Of a DNA stretch of 64,000 nucleotides, positions 13,801 through 23,484 are shown piece by piece. Source of the DNA: a virus. Lineage: Duplodnaviria; Heunggongvirae; Uroviricota; Caudoviricetes. Position numbers and translations under genes: made by a program. The stretch spans positions 10,779 through 74,778 of IMG/VR virus record IMGVR_UViG_3300029874_000006; one strand, given 5' to 3'. The notes under the pieces are model-generated. The model was not told where the DNA came from, made no database searches, and saw nothing but the letters and a program-made list of their open reading frames with translations. Every line of letters begins with the position of its first letter. The first letter of the stretch is position 1.

Positions 13801-15673
13801 AATTCAAAATACTTTAAAAGATATACAATCTAAATATTTATCTGATGAAATAGATTAGTAGCAAAGTATTGACGGTGAAGTATTTAAAGTAATAAATACT
13901 ATGGATTAGGGAAGTGGTCCTGGCAGATTAGACTTAATTAAACATCTACAAGGAAAATACGGATCTAATTGTTTTGAAACGGATATAGAAAAAATATTAG
14001 GTGCTCATATGATGGCATATGCTACTCAACAAGCCATGGAAGATAGAATGCCTTTAATTAAAGCAGCTTATATATCCTTAGCAGTAATGGGTAATAACTA
14101 GGGGGTAGACTATTCTTCTGATGAGAAATATATTAAAGAATATGTTCAAAATAAAATAAATAAATTAGCAATAGATAATCCTTAGTTAAGACATTTAAGG
14201 AGTGCCACTGGAATGTTACAAAAAAGTGCTTCTTGGATGGCATTAGCTTTTTCACCTTTACAAATGTCTTATTAGAGTCTGGAAGGTGTTTGGAAGGCTG
14301 CTAAATTAGTTATAACTAAACCAGATGGTAAAGAAACATTTAGTTTTTCTAATATGCGTAAGGCTATGGGTATTGTATATAAAGAATTGTTTAATTATAG
14401 TGAAACAAATTCTGTAATAGAGGGTTGTAACGCTCTTTATGGTATAAACGATATGGATGCTGCCTCATTTGCCCAAAACAATAGTACTAATAAGCATGGT
14501 CTGTTTAATTTCTTTGACAGAATTGCATATTATTGGTCTTCTCGTCCCGATTTCTATAATAGAATGTCAATATTCACAGCATAGATGCTTGAAGATGGTA
14601 GTTATGAAGCTCATTCAGTAGATGCCAATGGTAACTTAATATACAATATTAAAAAGGATAAGAGATTTGAAGCATTATTTAATAAACCAAAGGGTTCTCC
14701 TGAATATAATAAAGCAAAAGCCTTATTCTTAGCCACTGCTTAGTAGTTAGTGAGGGAAAACGCTAGAAATGCCGATGGTTCATTATACACCATAGATTTA
14801 GATAATCCAAATTTACCTAAAGCCTACTCTAATAAAGAGTCTGAATCTATGAAAGCTATTGGGGATACCATGTATGGATATTACGATAGTTCTAAGAAAT
14901 CATTATGGCAATCTACATTCTTAGGAGGCCTTATGATGCAAATGCAAACATATTGGTCTGGTAAAAAGAATTAGTATCTTGCTCCTGGAGGTATTAAAGC
15001 ACAGGGTAAATGGGTCTAGATGGTAAGTCCTAATGGTAAAAAGTGCTATTATTCTAAAAATGAAAATGGAGATATTGATAACTCCTCAATGCCTGTAGAA
15101 GAGGGAGATCCTAGAGCTAGTGAAGTACCCTTTATGCAATGGAAGGGTAGATTTGAAGAAGGCGCTTTTATAACCTTATATGATGTACTTAAAAGAACTA
15201 TAGGACATAAGGGAAATCTTAAAGCTGCTTGGAAAGAGAAGTTAGATGGAACTGACGAAGACTTATAGAAACTTTATAAGTAGAACATGAAGTTGATAGT
15301 TAGTGACTTACTCGGTATGTTACTTATTGGTTCTTTACTAGGCGGATTATTAGAAGATTTAGCTGATGAAGAAATTAAAAAGGCTAAAAAATCTGCACAG
15401 ATTGGAGATGCTATGGCTGCAACAGCCTTAAGTCTAATAGCTAAGACTGTAAGAAATTCAGCTCTAGATTTTAACATGATAGACTCTTTGTTTGGCTTTG
15501 TAGGGGATTGGAATCCATTCTCTCTTAGTTATGCAGCTAATTAGCTAAGTAATGGTTGGAGTCTTATAACTGGAGATAAAAATTGGGAATAGACTCTATG
15601 CAGTGCCTTCTCTGCAGCACGCTAGATGAGACCAATACTTAATTGCATTAATTAGTCTTTACAAGAGGATTAA
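10841..15673 (+). CDS. Giant virion/late protein (1610 aa) with RecB/Cas4-like PD-(D/E)xK motif, TAG-recoded
   Basis: Frame 2 opens after TAA at 10826-10828; ATG at 10841 overlaps the upstream TGA. Frame open to TAA at 15671-15673 with dozens of TAGs. ORF-track fragments 11417, 11858, 13496, 14354, 14750, 15020, 15287 are all in this frame. Motif LGRLDLLVIDEDGIPHIMDYKTSPK near 11700-11790. Confidence 0.6.
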
Positions 15674-15683
15674 ATACACTAAT

Positions 15684-15869
15684 ATGAAACCTAGAGACAA
15701 TTTATCTACTAAATATCCTAGATGTCATTATAATAAATTAGGTAAAACTAAAATGACATTCGATACTACAGATTTAGCTGAGAAATATCTCAAAAAGATG
15801 CATTTAGATACTTATACTATTTATCAATGTACTTATTGTAATAAGTATCATATATCACACATAAATTAA
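15684..15869 (+). CDS. Small Cys-rich (zinc-ribbon-like) protein, 61 aa
   Basis: ORF directly after the giant gene; Cys at ~aa 14 and a C-x2-C pair at ~aa 49-52; followed by terminator hairpins. Confidence 0.35.
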   Translation: MKPRDNLSTKYPRCHYNKLGKTKMTFDTTDLAEKYLKKMHLDTYTIYQCTYCNKYHISHIN

Positions 15870-15912
15870 AAAAATAGGGGCAAGCTAGCATTTGCTAACT
15901 CACCCCCTATAA
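15866..15912 (-). terminator. Intrinsic terminator for the minus-strand block (hairpin, then U-run on minus strand)
   Basis: ATAGGGGcaagctagcatttgctaactcaCCCCCTAT with A7 immediately 5' on the + strand (U7 on minus). Convergent gene ends on both sides. Confidence 0.5.
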
Positions 15913-15918
15913 AGAAAA

Positions 15919-15975
15919 AAGGGCAAGCCAATGGATTTTACTCCACTGACCTGCCCTTAATTATTATTTATTATA
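15919..15975 (+). terminator. Putative intrinsic terminator for the plus-strand late block
   Basis: AAGGGCA ... TGCCCTT stem followed by a T-rich tract (ttaattattatttattat). The loop is long (~26 nt), so confidence is moderate. Confidence 0.4.
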
Positions 15976-16170
15976 CCATATTACATGTGTATATTCCATA
16001 TTTTTGTTGTTAACCTCATCTAATGTAAAGGAAGAAGGGGATAGCCATTTACCTGTCCATTCTCATTAGAATACTGTCCTTCACCGTTGGCATCAATAAA
16101 CCATCCGTTTTCAACGTTCTCTCTAAATTCATCTCTAGTAAAGAGATCTCCTAAATCTAATTTCTTCATA

Positions 16171-16485
16171 TTAATTATTTTGTAATTGTCTTATTCTCTC
16201 TTGACATATATGAATAATCTTTTCATAGTCTTCTATTCTAGCTTCACTCTCAGTCTTTCCTTGTAATACTTTAGTTCTATATATACGTTTAACTATATCA
16301 GCATCCCAAGGATTTAATTTCCAATCTTGCCATACAGACCAAGGCTGAATTATAGACTTAGAATAGTTACTTTCTCCAATATTTTTATCTCTTACATTAG
16401 AATCATCTGGAAGTATTCCAATCTTTTGCAAATACTTAAAAAGATCAAGATTATTATTTATATATTCAGGAGTTATTAATTGCAT
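16171..16485 (-). CDS. Hypothetical protein (104 aa)
   Basis: First ORF of the minus-strand block; adjacent to the next gene; TAA stop. Confidence 0.4.
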   Translation of the reverse strand: MQLITPEYINNNLDLFKYLQKIGILPDDSNVRDKNIGESNYSKSIIQPWSVWQDWKLNPWDADIVKRIYRTKVLQGKTESEARIEDYEKIIHICQERIRQLQNN

Positions 16486-17054
16486 TATTTGATATGTGCT
16501 TTATAATGAATTTTATCTAATAATTCTGCCAGATTTACAGGTGTGAAATTATTATTATCTACACCCACATCATACTGATTATCGAAATAATTCCATGGTT
16601 TATCTGGTGTACTATGCACATGACCATGTAATTGAATTATAGGACGATTAGTAGCTGGATCTGGTAGAGAACCAAAGGGAAAGTGGTTAAGAATTATAGT
16701 TTTCTTTTCCACCCTAATTACTTCTTCCCAAGATACTGTTTCGCATCTAAAAGGAGTCTCAAAACTTTTCATAATATTCAAATTATCATGATTTCCCATA
16801 ATAAAGCTTATATGTCCAGTTAGACGTCTTATAAAATCAGGGATGAGTGATTTATCACCTAAAGCGAAATCTCCCAAGTGATAGACTATATCACCCTTAG
16901 AAACTACTTTATTCCAATTTTCTATTATAGTTTCATTCATTTCCTCAACAGAAGAGAATGGACGATTACAATACTTAATTATATTAGCATGATTAAAATG
17001 GGTATCTGAAGTTACCCAAATATGTTTTGCTTCTTCTTTTGTATATTTAACCAT
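16485..17054 (-). CDS. Calcineurin-like metallophosphoesterase
   Basis: Motifs SDTHFNH, GDF, GNHD, GHVH in canonical order. Confidence 0.7.
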   Translation of the reverse strand: MVKYTKEEAKHIWVTSDTHFNHANIIKYCNRPFSSVEEMNETIIENWNKVVSKGDIVYHLGDFALGDKSLIPDFIRRLTGHISFIMGNHDNLNIMKSFETPFRCETVSWEEVIRVEKKTIILNHFPFGSLPDPATNRPIIQLHGHVHSTPDKPWNYFDNQYDVGVDNNNFTPVNLAELLDKIHYKAHIK

Positions 17055-17065
17055 TTATAATATAT

Positions 17066-17779
17066 TTATTTCTTGAAATAAAAGCAAATATCAGGTCTGC
17101 CAAAAACTAAGCTTGTATCTATACTACAAAGGTATTTAGTTTTACCGCCCTGTGTATTGACAACATCATAGTTGATTCCACGACCTACTCCTATTATATT
17201 TGTTATTTGTCTTTTATTCCAAATGTTTTCATAATACCCAACACCTGGATAAAAATCTATATAGATAGTTTTTTCACCCTCTCTTAATAAATATTTACCA
17301 ATACATTGTGGAACCCTTGATTCTATTAGAGCTTTAATTAGGGGTCTCAAATATAATTTATTAAATCTTTTCTGATTCTCGTTATATTTATTAATTATTT
17401 GATAATCACTCCCTTTAACAGGCTTTTTATAATTAAGAATACCATTAGTTACATAAAACCCACCACGTTGAGAATCTATATCTTCTTTATCTTGAATAAA
17501 GCTATAAAATTCTTCTTTAGGATTAAATTTACTCAGATTATTACATCTAGATAGGAACTTAGAAAATACTTTATTAACTGGATATCCTACATGGCATTTT
17601 AAAAATTTTTCAATATCACCATTAAGATAGGTATAGTCATCATCGTTCCAATTATGCTTACAATACCCCCATTCTTTTAAATTTCTAGGAATAGCTGTAA
17701 AATCCTTAAACTTATATCTGGGAAATTTCTTATGAGTTCTTTTACTTTTAGTACTACTTCTTTTTAAACCGAATGTCAT
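17066..17779 (-). CDS. Hypothetical protein (237 aa)
   Basis: Long ORF, tightly spaced in the operon. Confidence 0.45.
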   Translation of the reverse strand: MTFGLKRSSTKSKRTHKKFPRYKFKDFTAIPRNLKEWGYCKHNWNDDDYTYLNGDIEKFLKCHVGYPVNKVFSKFLSRCNNLSKFNPKEEFYSFIQDKEDIDSQRGGFYVTNGILNYKKPVKGSDYQIINKYNENQKRFNKLYLRPLIKALIESRVPQCIGKYLLREGEKTIYIDFYPGVGYYENIWNKRQITNIIGVGRGINYDVVNTQGGKTKYLCSIDTSLVFGRPDICFYFKK

Positions 17780-17830
17780 AATAGTTTTATATTAATGTTC
17801 TCTGCTTTTCCTACTTTCTTATTAGAGATT

Positions 17831-18181
17831 TTAGTCAAATTCTTTTAAAACAAAGCACTTAATTTCACCTTCAATTTCGTAGAATACAACATCGAGTTCA
17901 TTCAGCCAGTTAAGCATCAAATGTGAATCGCCTTCACTAATTTCCTTGTATTCTTTTAACCATCCTTCTAATTCTCGAATTACATACCCATCCATTTGAT
18001 CAGGACCTCCAAAATGATAGTAACCATCAGGATTAATGAATGTAAAGCCTCCTTCAATTTCTACTAATTCATTTTTAATCTTAGTAACTAATTCACGTTC
18101 CAAAATAAACTTATTAGAGAAGTACATAATTAATATTGATTTAGCTAAATCTAAATTATTCACAAATCCATACTCGTCCAT
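17831..18181 (-). CDS. Hypothetical protein (116 aa)
   Basis: ORF in operon context. Confidence 0.4.
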   Translation of the reverse strand: MDEYGFVNNLDLAKSILIMYFSNKFILERELVTKIKNELVEIEGGFTFINPDGYYHFGGPDQMDGYVIRELEGWLKEYKEISEGDSHLMLNWLNELDVVFYEIEGEIKCFVLKEFD

Positions 18182-18315
18182 ACTTAATATAGTTATTAAT
18201 TGATTAAAATTTTAATTAAATTCTTTTGATTATTATTCAATCTCATTGGTTTTTATTTATATAAATAAATTTCTCAATGAATTCTGCAGTACTGGCTTCA
18301 TAAAACTCTGAAGAA

Positions 18316-18689
18316 TTATTTTGATTCATATTCAGTTACGGTTACTTCCTTTGGAAATACTTCTGTTAAATCTGCATTTGCATCTACTTGGTCTTCAAAA
18401 TCCCAATTCCAAGTATAATACCAATCAAAAGAATAATATTTATCTTCAATCTTTATAATAGCAGTATAATTAATATAAGACTTTTCTAAGTCAATATAAT
18501 TAGTACGATATTGTGTATCTATTATTTCTATATGTGAATATAGGTTTTCTAAATAATCAAAAGCTTCCTCGGGGTATGAGATTCTCTAAATTTATCTAAT
18601 TCTTCTACCATATACTGAGGCATATAGTCTTCTATTTCATCAAATTCATCACTAATTATATAGTAATATTCGTCCAGTCTTAATTTCAT
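18316..18689 (-). pseudogene. ~123-aa gene interrupted by a 1-nt frameshift in a C4/G4 homopolymer (sequencing error or pseudogene)
   Basis: ATG at 18687-18689 overlaps the upstream gene's TGA (ATGA). Frame breaks at + strand GGGG 18571-18574. One extra C would give one continuous ORF: MKLRLDEYYY...HTPEEAFDYLENLY...TEYESK. Confidence 0.4.
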
Positions 18690-19201
18690 AATTCTAAAAA
18701 GTCTCTAACGTCAATATAATCTATACCAAAATTCTCAGCGCACTTCTTATCAGAATCTGAAAAATCCCCTGGTTTACCAGAAGCATCTCCTATCATAATA
18801 CATTCATCTTTAGACTCTACTTTGTATTGATAGTATAATTGTTCTAGCATTCCAGTATTAGGTTTTCGATAAGTATCATTCTTATCCATAGAACAACAAT
18901 ACAAGCTATCACTATATGAAAAATTATTAAGTTTATTAATAAAATAGTCATAACATATACCTTCTACAGCCCATATCTTATAATTAAAAATACGTTTATC
19001 TGTAAGAGTCTTTAAACCTCCTTGATTACTTACTATAAAAAACATATTAAGATTAGGCATCTTTTCTATTATTTTATCTAATACAGGAAGTTGTATTCTA
19101 AAATCAGTAATGTCTTCAGGAAATGTTTTACCTGAAATAGTCTTAATTAAAGTACTGTCCAAATCAATGAACAGTACTTTTTTAGTTTCAAAATCAATCA
19201 T
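18686..19201 (-). CDS. HAD-superfamily polynucleotide 3'-phosphatase (PNKP-like)
   Basis: DxDxT motif FIDLDSTLI; C-terminal IGDASGKPGDFSDSDKKCAENFGI resembles the PNKP phosphatase signature (GDAAGR...KDFS..D...N.G). Confidence 0.6.
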   Translation of the reverse strand: MIDFETKKVLFIDLDSTLIKTISGKTFPEDITDFRIQLPVLDKIIEKMPNLNMFFIVSNQGGLKTLTDKRIFNYKIWAVEGICYDYFINKLNNFSYSDSLYCCSMDKNDTYRKPNTGMLEQLYYQYKVESKDECIMIGDASGKPGDFSDSDKKCAENFGIDYIDVRDFLEL

Positions 19202-19488
19202 TCACAATATTGCTTAATTAATACTTCATCAGTTATAGCATCCTTTTGATAACCAGTATTAAGTTCTTTCATAGCCAAGCTATAACCCTCCCAATTATCA
19301 ACTCCTTCAGCCTCTAAAGCAGCTAATTTTTCGGAATCTTTTATTAATTGTAAAAGAGTATCTACATCTATAGATATGGCATTATTTATAACTTCAATAA
19401 CACTGTCACCCCAAGGAATAGACCTTTCTTCACCGCCTATAGGAATTTTACTTCCATCCCAACAAGGACAAGGCATATCGGAATCCAT
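19198..19488 (-). CDS. Hypothetical protein (96 aa)
   Basis: ORF overlapping neighbours by 4 nt. Confidence 0.4.
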   Translation of the reverse strand: MDSDMPCPCWDGSKIPIGGEERSIPWGDSVIEVINNAISIDVDTLLQLIKDSEKLAALEAEGVDNWEGYSLAMKELNTGYQKDAITDEVLIKQYCE

Positions 19489-19565
19489 TTCTAAGGCATC
19501 ATATACTGAACAGAAGTCATCGCTATCATCTACGAGATATTAAAAAGTCTCTTTAACTCTATACA

Positions 19566-19799
19566 TTATACCAAGATACTCTTAAGATTATCTACAAATT
19601 TATTTGCCTGAGCTTTGATATTCTCGATATCCTTAATTTCAGACTGAATCTTCTTTACTTCCTCTTCTTTTTCTGAAATCTTATCATTCATTTTGGAGAT
19701 TAAAGTAACTGCTTTATCGTGAGCAGTCTGAAAAGAAGACTGAATACTATTCAACTTAGAGCTAAAAGAAAGACCAAATAAATCCTGTAATGAGTTCAT
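19566..19799 (-). CDS. Hypothetical coiled-coil protein (77 aa)
   Basis: ORF; K/E-rich heptad-like sequence. Confidence 0.35.
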   Translation of the reverse strand: MNSLQDLFGLSFSSKLNSIQSSFQTAHDKAVTLISKMNDKISEKEEEVKKIQSEIKDIENIKAQANKFVDNLKSILV

Positions 19800-19859
19800 A
19801 TAACAATATACTTTAAAAAATAAATAATTGATCTTATTAATACTAATCTAAATATTTAA

Positions 19860-20432
19860 TTATTCATAAGTTACTTTTATTGTATCCAGTACATAATTAT
19901 GGTAATACTCCTCTAATTTAGGTATAATTTCATTTAAAAGAGTTGACTTATGATTAAATGCCCAGTTATAATTAGGAATTTCTTCTATAGGCAACCATTT
20001 AATTCCATCAACTTCATCTTTCTCCCCGCCTTCTTGAAGTTTACCAATAGGTTTTCTAAGACCTAGGATACATAAATGTCTTAAAGTAACATTACCTTTA
20101 TTACACTTTTTAGGGTCAGTCTCCACGTTAATTAATGCAAAAGCTTCTGAAGGAATACTAACCCCACATTCTTCAGCAACTTCTCTAGAACATGCTTCAG
20201 TGGCAGATTCGCCACCATCTAAATATCCACATGGCATATTCCATTTACCTTGGTCATCAGGTGTTCCTCTACCTCTTTTATTAATTAATACATACCATTT
20301 ACCATCTTTTTCTTTAGCTAACACGACACAACTAACTGCACAATATCTACCACTCCAAATGGTTTCTCCTTTATGAGGACCATCTGGAATAGTATAAGAA
20401 TAAGATTTTTCTATTTTACCTATTTGATTCAT
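19860..20432 (-). CDS. NUDIX hydrolase
   Basis: Nudix box GGESATEACSREVAEECGV (GX5EX7REUXEEXGU). Confidence 0.8.
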   Translation of the reverse strand: MNQIGKIEKSYSYTIPDGPHKGETIWSGRYCAVSCVVLAKEKDGKWYVLINKRGRGTPDDQGKWNMPCGYLDGGESATEACSREVAEECGVSIPSEAFALINVETDPKKCNKGNVTLRHLCILGLRKPIGKLQEGGEKDEVDGIKWLPIEEIPNYNWAFNHKSTLLNEIIPKLEEYYHNYVLDTIKVTYE

Positions 20433-20611
20433 TTACTTAAAAATAATGAAATTTTTTCGAGACATTTATCACATATATATCTACGCCTATTGAGTGTCCA
20501 CCTCTCATCTATAGAGTTTACTGCACTGCAGTAATCTAAGATTCCTACTTGCTTATCTAAATCTATAGTAGAGCCACAGAAATCACAAGTATAAAGAATT
20601 CTTTTACCCAT
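20429..20611 (-). CDS. Zinc-ribbon protein (60 aa)
   Basis: CDFCG ... CDKC pairs. Confidence 0.4.
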   Translation of the reverse strand: MGKRILYTCDFCGSTIDLDKQVGILDYCSAVNSIDERWTLNRRRYICDKCLEKISLFLSK

Positions 20612-20620
20612 TTAATTCCT

Positions 20621-20890
20621 TTAATAAGTTTCTATATAATAGTTCATGTTTCCCCAACCTCCACTACAGTTAGCATTTCGTATATGTTTACTTCGAATTT
20701 CTTCAGGCACATTCATAATAACATATTTACCTGAATAAAACCTTTCACCATTAATTACGAAATTGCCCCATTCATCGTTTTCTGTAGCGTGATCTATAAT
20801 ATCACCAACAGTATCTAAAGGGGAATGGATTATCTCATAATCAGAAGTACAATCCCCATATATATTTGATATTGATACTAGTTCTATCAT
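20621..20890 (-). CDS. Hypothetical protein (89 aa)
   Basis: ORF in operon. Confidence 0.4.
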   Translation of the reverse strand: MIELVSISNIYGDCTSDYEIIHSPLDTVGDIIDHATENDEWGNFVINGERFYSGKYVIMNVPEEIRSKHIRNANCSGGWGNMNYYIETY

Positions 20891-21396
20891 TTATAATATT
20901 TATATAAAGAAGTTACATTAGGGTCTTTACCACCATCATAAATACACACAGTCTGAATGATTTTACAACCTTGACGAATTTCTTTGAGGGCTTCCTCTAT
21001 TTTATTTCTAGTAGTGCCTGAATAAAAAGAATCATCAAATAAAATAAAATCATCAACGTCTATTTGATTAACTAATATTTGTGCTTTAGTATCTTCTTGT
21101 CGCAATCCCCCATTAACTAGTATTACCTGTTCAAAAGTCTTACGTAATTCATAAGGCATATAATTAAATACAGCTCTTCCGAAGGCACCTGTGAGAATTA
21201 GACCATTCCAACCAAATGTAGGAATGCCTCTATTTACCCACAGATGCTCATCATAACACCATTGAACCAACCTATCCCAGGTAGCATCAATAATACTCTT
21301 GTGTCCACGAATCATATCATCCAAGTGATTAAAGAAATCTTCATCACTAGAATGATTTTTAAGAATCTCTTCTACTTTTTTATCTAAAAAGTTCAT
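20887..21396 (-). CDS. Type-I phosphoribosyltransferase-domain protein (APRT-like)
   Basis: PRPP-binding signature VDDFILFDDSFYSGTT. Confidence 0.55.
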   Translation of the reverse strand: MNFLDKKVEEILKNHSSDEDFFNHLDDMIRGHKSIIDATWDRLVQWCYDEHLWVNRGIPTFGWNGLILTGAFGRAVFNYMPYELRKTFEQVILVNGGLRQEDTKAQILVNQIDVDDFILFDDSFYSGTTRNKIEEALKEIRQGCKIIQTVCIYDGGKDPNVTSLYKYYK

Positions 21397-21644
21397 TTTC
21401 TTTTATATTTAATTAGTTTTATAAGAGGTTTATTAAACTTAGAAAGAAATCTATCATTTATATAACTTAAAAATTTACCTAATTCATACACAGCTACAAC
21501 AGAGTTTAATGCTGGACATAAAACCAAAAGTAATATACCATCTGATTCGTCAGGATAAGTTTCATCATACTCTGAATCGTATCTAATATATAAAATAGCT
21601 CCTATAGCTGAAATTATATAAATAGCTAACCTAATTGTTACCAT
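21393..21644 (-). CDS. Small membrane protein, tandem paralog 1 (83 aa)
   Basis: IYIISAIGAILYIRYD... closely similar to the neighbouring ORF; hydrophobic helices. Confidence 0.45.
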   Translation of the reverse strand: MVTIRLAIYIISAIGAILYIRYDSEYDETYPDESDGILLLVLCPALNSVVAVYELGKFLSYINDRFLSKFNKPLIKLIKYKRK

Positions 21645-21871
21645 TTTTTATGAGTTTTATAAGTAATCAAATTATACAATTTTTTATTAAGATATGATAA
21701 ACTAATGGGCAAGAAGTCCATTATTGCTATTAAGCATATACCACTATTTACTATGGGACAGAATACTAAAAATATAGTCCAACTATCCTCATCAAATATG
21801 GCTTGATCATATCTAATACTTAATATGGCTCCTATAATAGATATTATGTATATTATAATTAAGATAACCAT
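21638..21871 (-). CDS. Small membrane protein, tandem paralog 2 (77 aa)
   Basis: IYIISIIGAILSIRYD...; paralog of 21393..21644. Confidence 0.45.
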   Translation of the reverse strand: MVILIIIYIISIIGAILSIRYDQAIFDEDSWTIFLVFCPIVNSGICLIAIMDFLPISLSYLNKKLYNLITYKTHKKW

Positions 21872-22692
21872 TCCGCTTTAGTTAACTTAAAAAATTCTTT
21901 GTGCATTGGATTAGCTATTTCCTGAGCCATTGGGTGTGCATCTGGAGCATCTCTTCTCTTAAAGAAATTTTCCCAAGCATCTTTAAATCCACAAGAGATA
22001 AGTTCAGACTTAATGCCTAGAGGAAGTACAGAACGAGCTTGTTGAGGTGTCCAACCATTCTTTAACATTCTAAAATAGCCCCACTCAGCGTGTTGTAAAA
22101 AATCAATGTAGTTACTACCTCTAATATCCCAACAAGGTTGGATAAAGGTTAATTCATTACCAAACTTATCCTTGGAATAATTACAATAACGGGTACTTTC
22201 AGCCAAATGGGACAATCCTACATGAGTTCTAAACTCATCCATAACTCCACGATCGAGAATCATATGAGCTGTATATCTTTTATAATGATACTCTGTAGGC
22301 TCACAAAGATATTGTAAATCATCCTCCCAATGATGCTCTTTAATCACTCTGTAATTAGTAGTCACATAAATAGTATTCCTAAGTTCTCCATTTATTCTAG
22401 TACTACCATTCCCAAAACTAAATTTACTCCAAGGATTATAAGCATATTTGTCAAGCCATTCCATATTATCCTCTTTTTGAGAAGTTCTAGATAAATACAC
22501 AGTGCCAAACTCAAGAGGTCTATCATGCCCTCTAGACTCTAGCATATTTACAAACTTCTCATAAGAGGTATCTGTAATCTTATTTTCACTTTTATAACTG
22601 ACTCGTGCACATCTTTCAATATGCTTTTTGATTCCCACTAAAGAGAAATCTGTTTGATTGATAAATTCAAATGACTGTTTAATTAACTTCAT
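21859..22692 (-). CDS. thyX: Flavin-dependent thymidylate synthase ThyX-like
   Basis: EFRTHVGLSHLAESTRY (RHR-x7-S-like) and QQARSVLPLG (ThyX AR..LP motif). Confidence 0.55.
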   Translation of the reverse strand: MKLIKQSFEFINQTDFSLVGIKKHIERCARVSYKSENKITDTSYEKFVNMLESRGHDRPLEFGTVYLSRTSQKEDNMEWLDKYAYNPWSKFSFGNGSTRINGELRNTIYVTTNYRVIKEHHWEDDLQYLCEPTEYHYKRYTAHMILDRGVMDEFRTHVGLSHLAESTRYCNYSKDKFGNELTFIQPCWDIRGSNYIDFLQHAEWGYFRMLKNGWTPQQARSVLPLGIKSELISCGFKDAWENFFKRRDAPDAHPMAQEIANPMHKEFFKLTKAEWLS

Positions 22693-22693
22693 A

Positions 22694-23110
22694 TTAAGAT
22701 TGATTATTTAATTTATACACTAATTCAGAAACAGAAGCCTTTAGACTTGTATTTTGCTTAGTCAAAGCCTTTACCTCTTTCTGTAATTCGAGTATTTTAA
22801 CTTCGGCTTTAGCTAAATCAAAGTCTTCTGGAACTTCAAGTTTAGACGCTTTAATCAAAGCACTCAAGTTAGTTATAGTTTGCTTCTGAGATTGTATTTT
22901 GCCCCGTAACTTAAATTCTGGATCAGTTTCATCTATCCAAGATTCTAGTTCACCAAGACGCTGCATAGCTTTACTATAATAAACTTTTCGATTAGCATCA
23001 TACTTCTTAAAGTTATCAACTTTATGTTCTAAACTTTGAATTGTACTTTTTAATTTACCAACGTATACTCTAACTGGATCTAGCAGTAGAGGATTCATTG
23101 ATTTTACCAT
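22694..23110 (-). CDS. Hypothetical coiled-coil protein (138 aa)
   Basis: ORF. Confidence 0.4.
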   Translation of the reverse strand: MVKSMNPLLLDPVRVYVGKLKSTIQSLEHKVDNFKKYDANRKVYYSKAMQRLGELESWIDETDPEFKLRGKIQSQKQTITNLSALIKASKLEVPEDFDLAKAEVKILELQKEVKALTKQNTSLKASVSELVYKLNNQS

Positions 23111-23484
23111 AACCCTATTGTCTTTCCTACTTCATTATCTATTAAACAATACTGAGAACCATCTGACAATGTTTGAATAAACTTCTTACAATGTTCAGCA
23201 ATCTCAGCTTCTTTTTTAACACCAACAATTTGTCCTGTTCTATAAGGGTCTGTTGTAGTAGATTTAGAGGCATCTATACCTACAAAAAATACAGCTTTAT
23301 CTTTATAAGTGGCACACTCTTTACAAGCATGGTCAGCATATCCAATAGCCTTATTATGTAACTTCTCTACTTCTTTAGCATTTTCCTCAGTAAGCAAAGA
23401 GTTCATAATAATTCCATTGTCTGCTTCCTTACCACAAATCGGACACAAATATTTAACTATTGAAACTCCTAATTTATCAGGCAT
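23104..23484 (-). CDS. Hypothetical Cys-rich protein (126 aa)
   Basis: CPICG ... CKEC motifs. Confidence 0.4.
   Translation of the reverse strand: MPDKLGVSIVKYLCPICGKEADNGIIMNSLLTEENAKEVEKLHNKAIGYADHACKECATYKDKAVFFVGIDASKSTTTDPYRTGQIVGVKKEAEIAEHCKKFIQTLSDGSQYCLIDNEVGKTIGLW

Noticed and set aside
1097-15544. Interpretation of the short + strand ORF-track fragments as many small genes or a decayed pseudogene array
   Set aside because: All fragments share one frame per gene. They are separated only by TAG (never TAA/TGA) and read as one continuous, compositionally uniform protein. UAG reassignment explains this far better.
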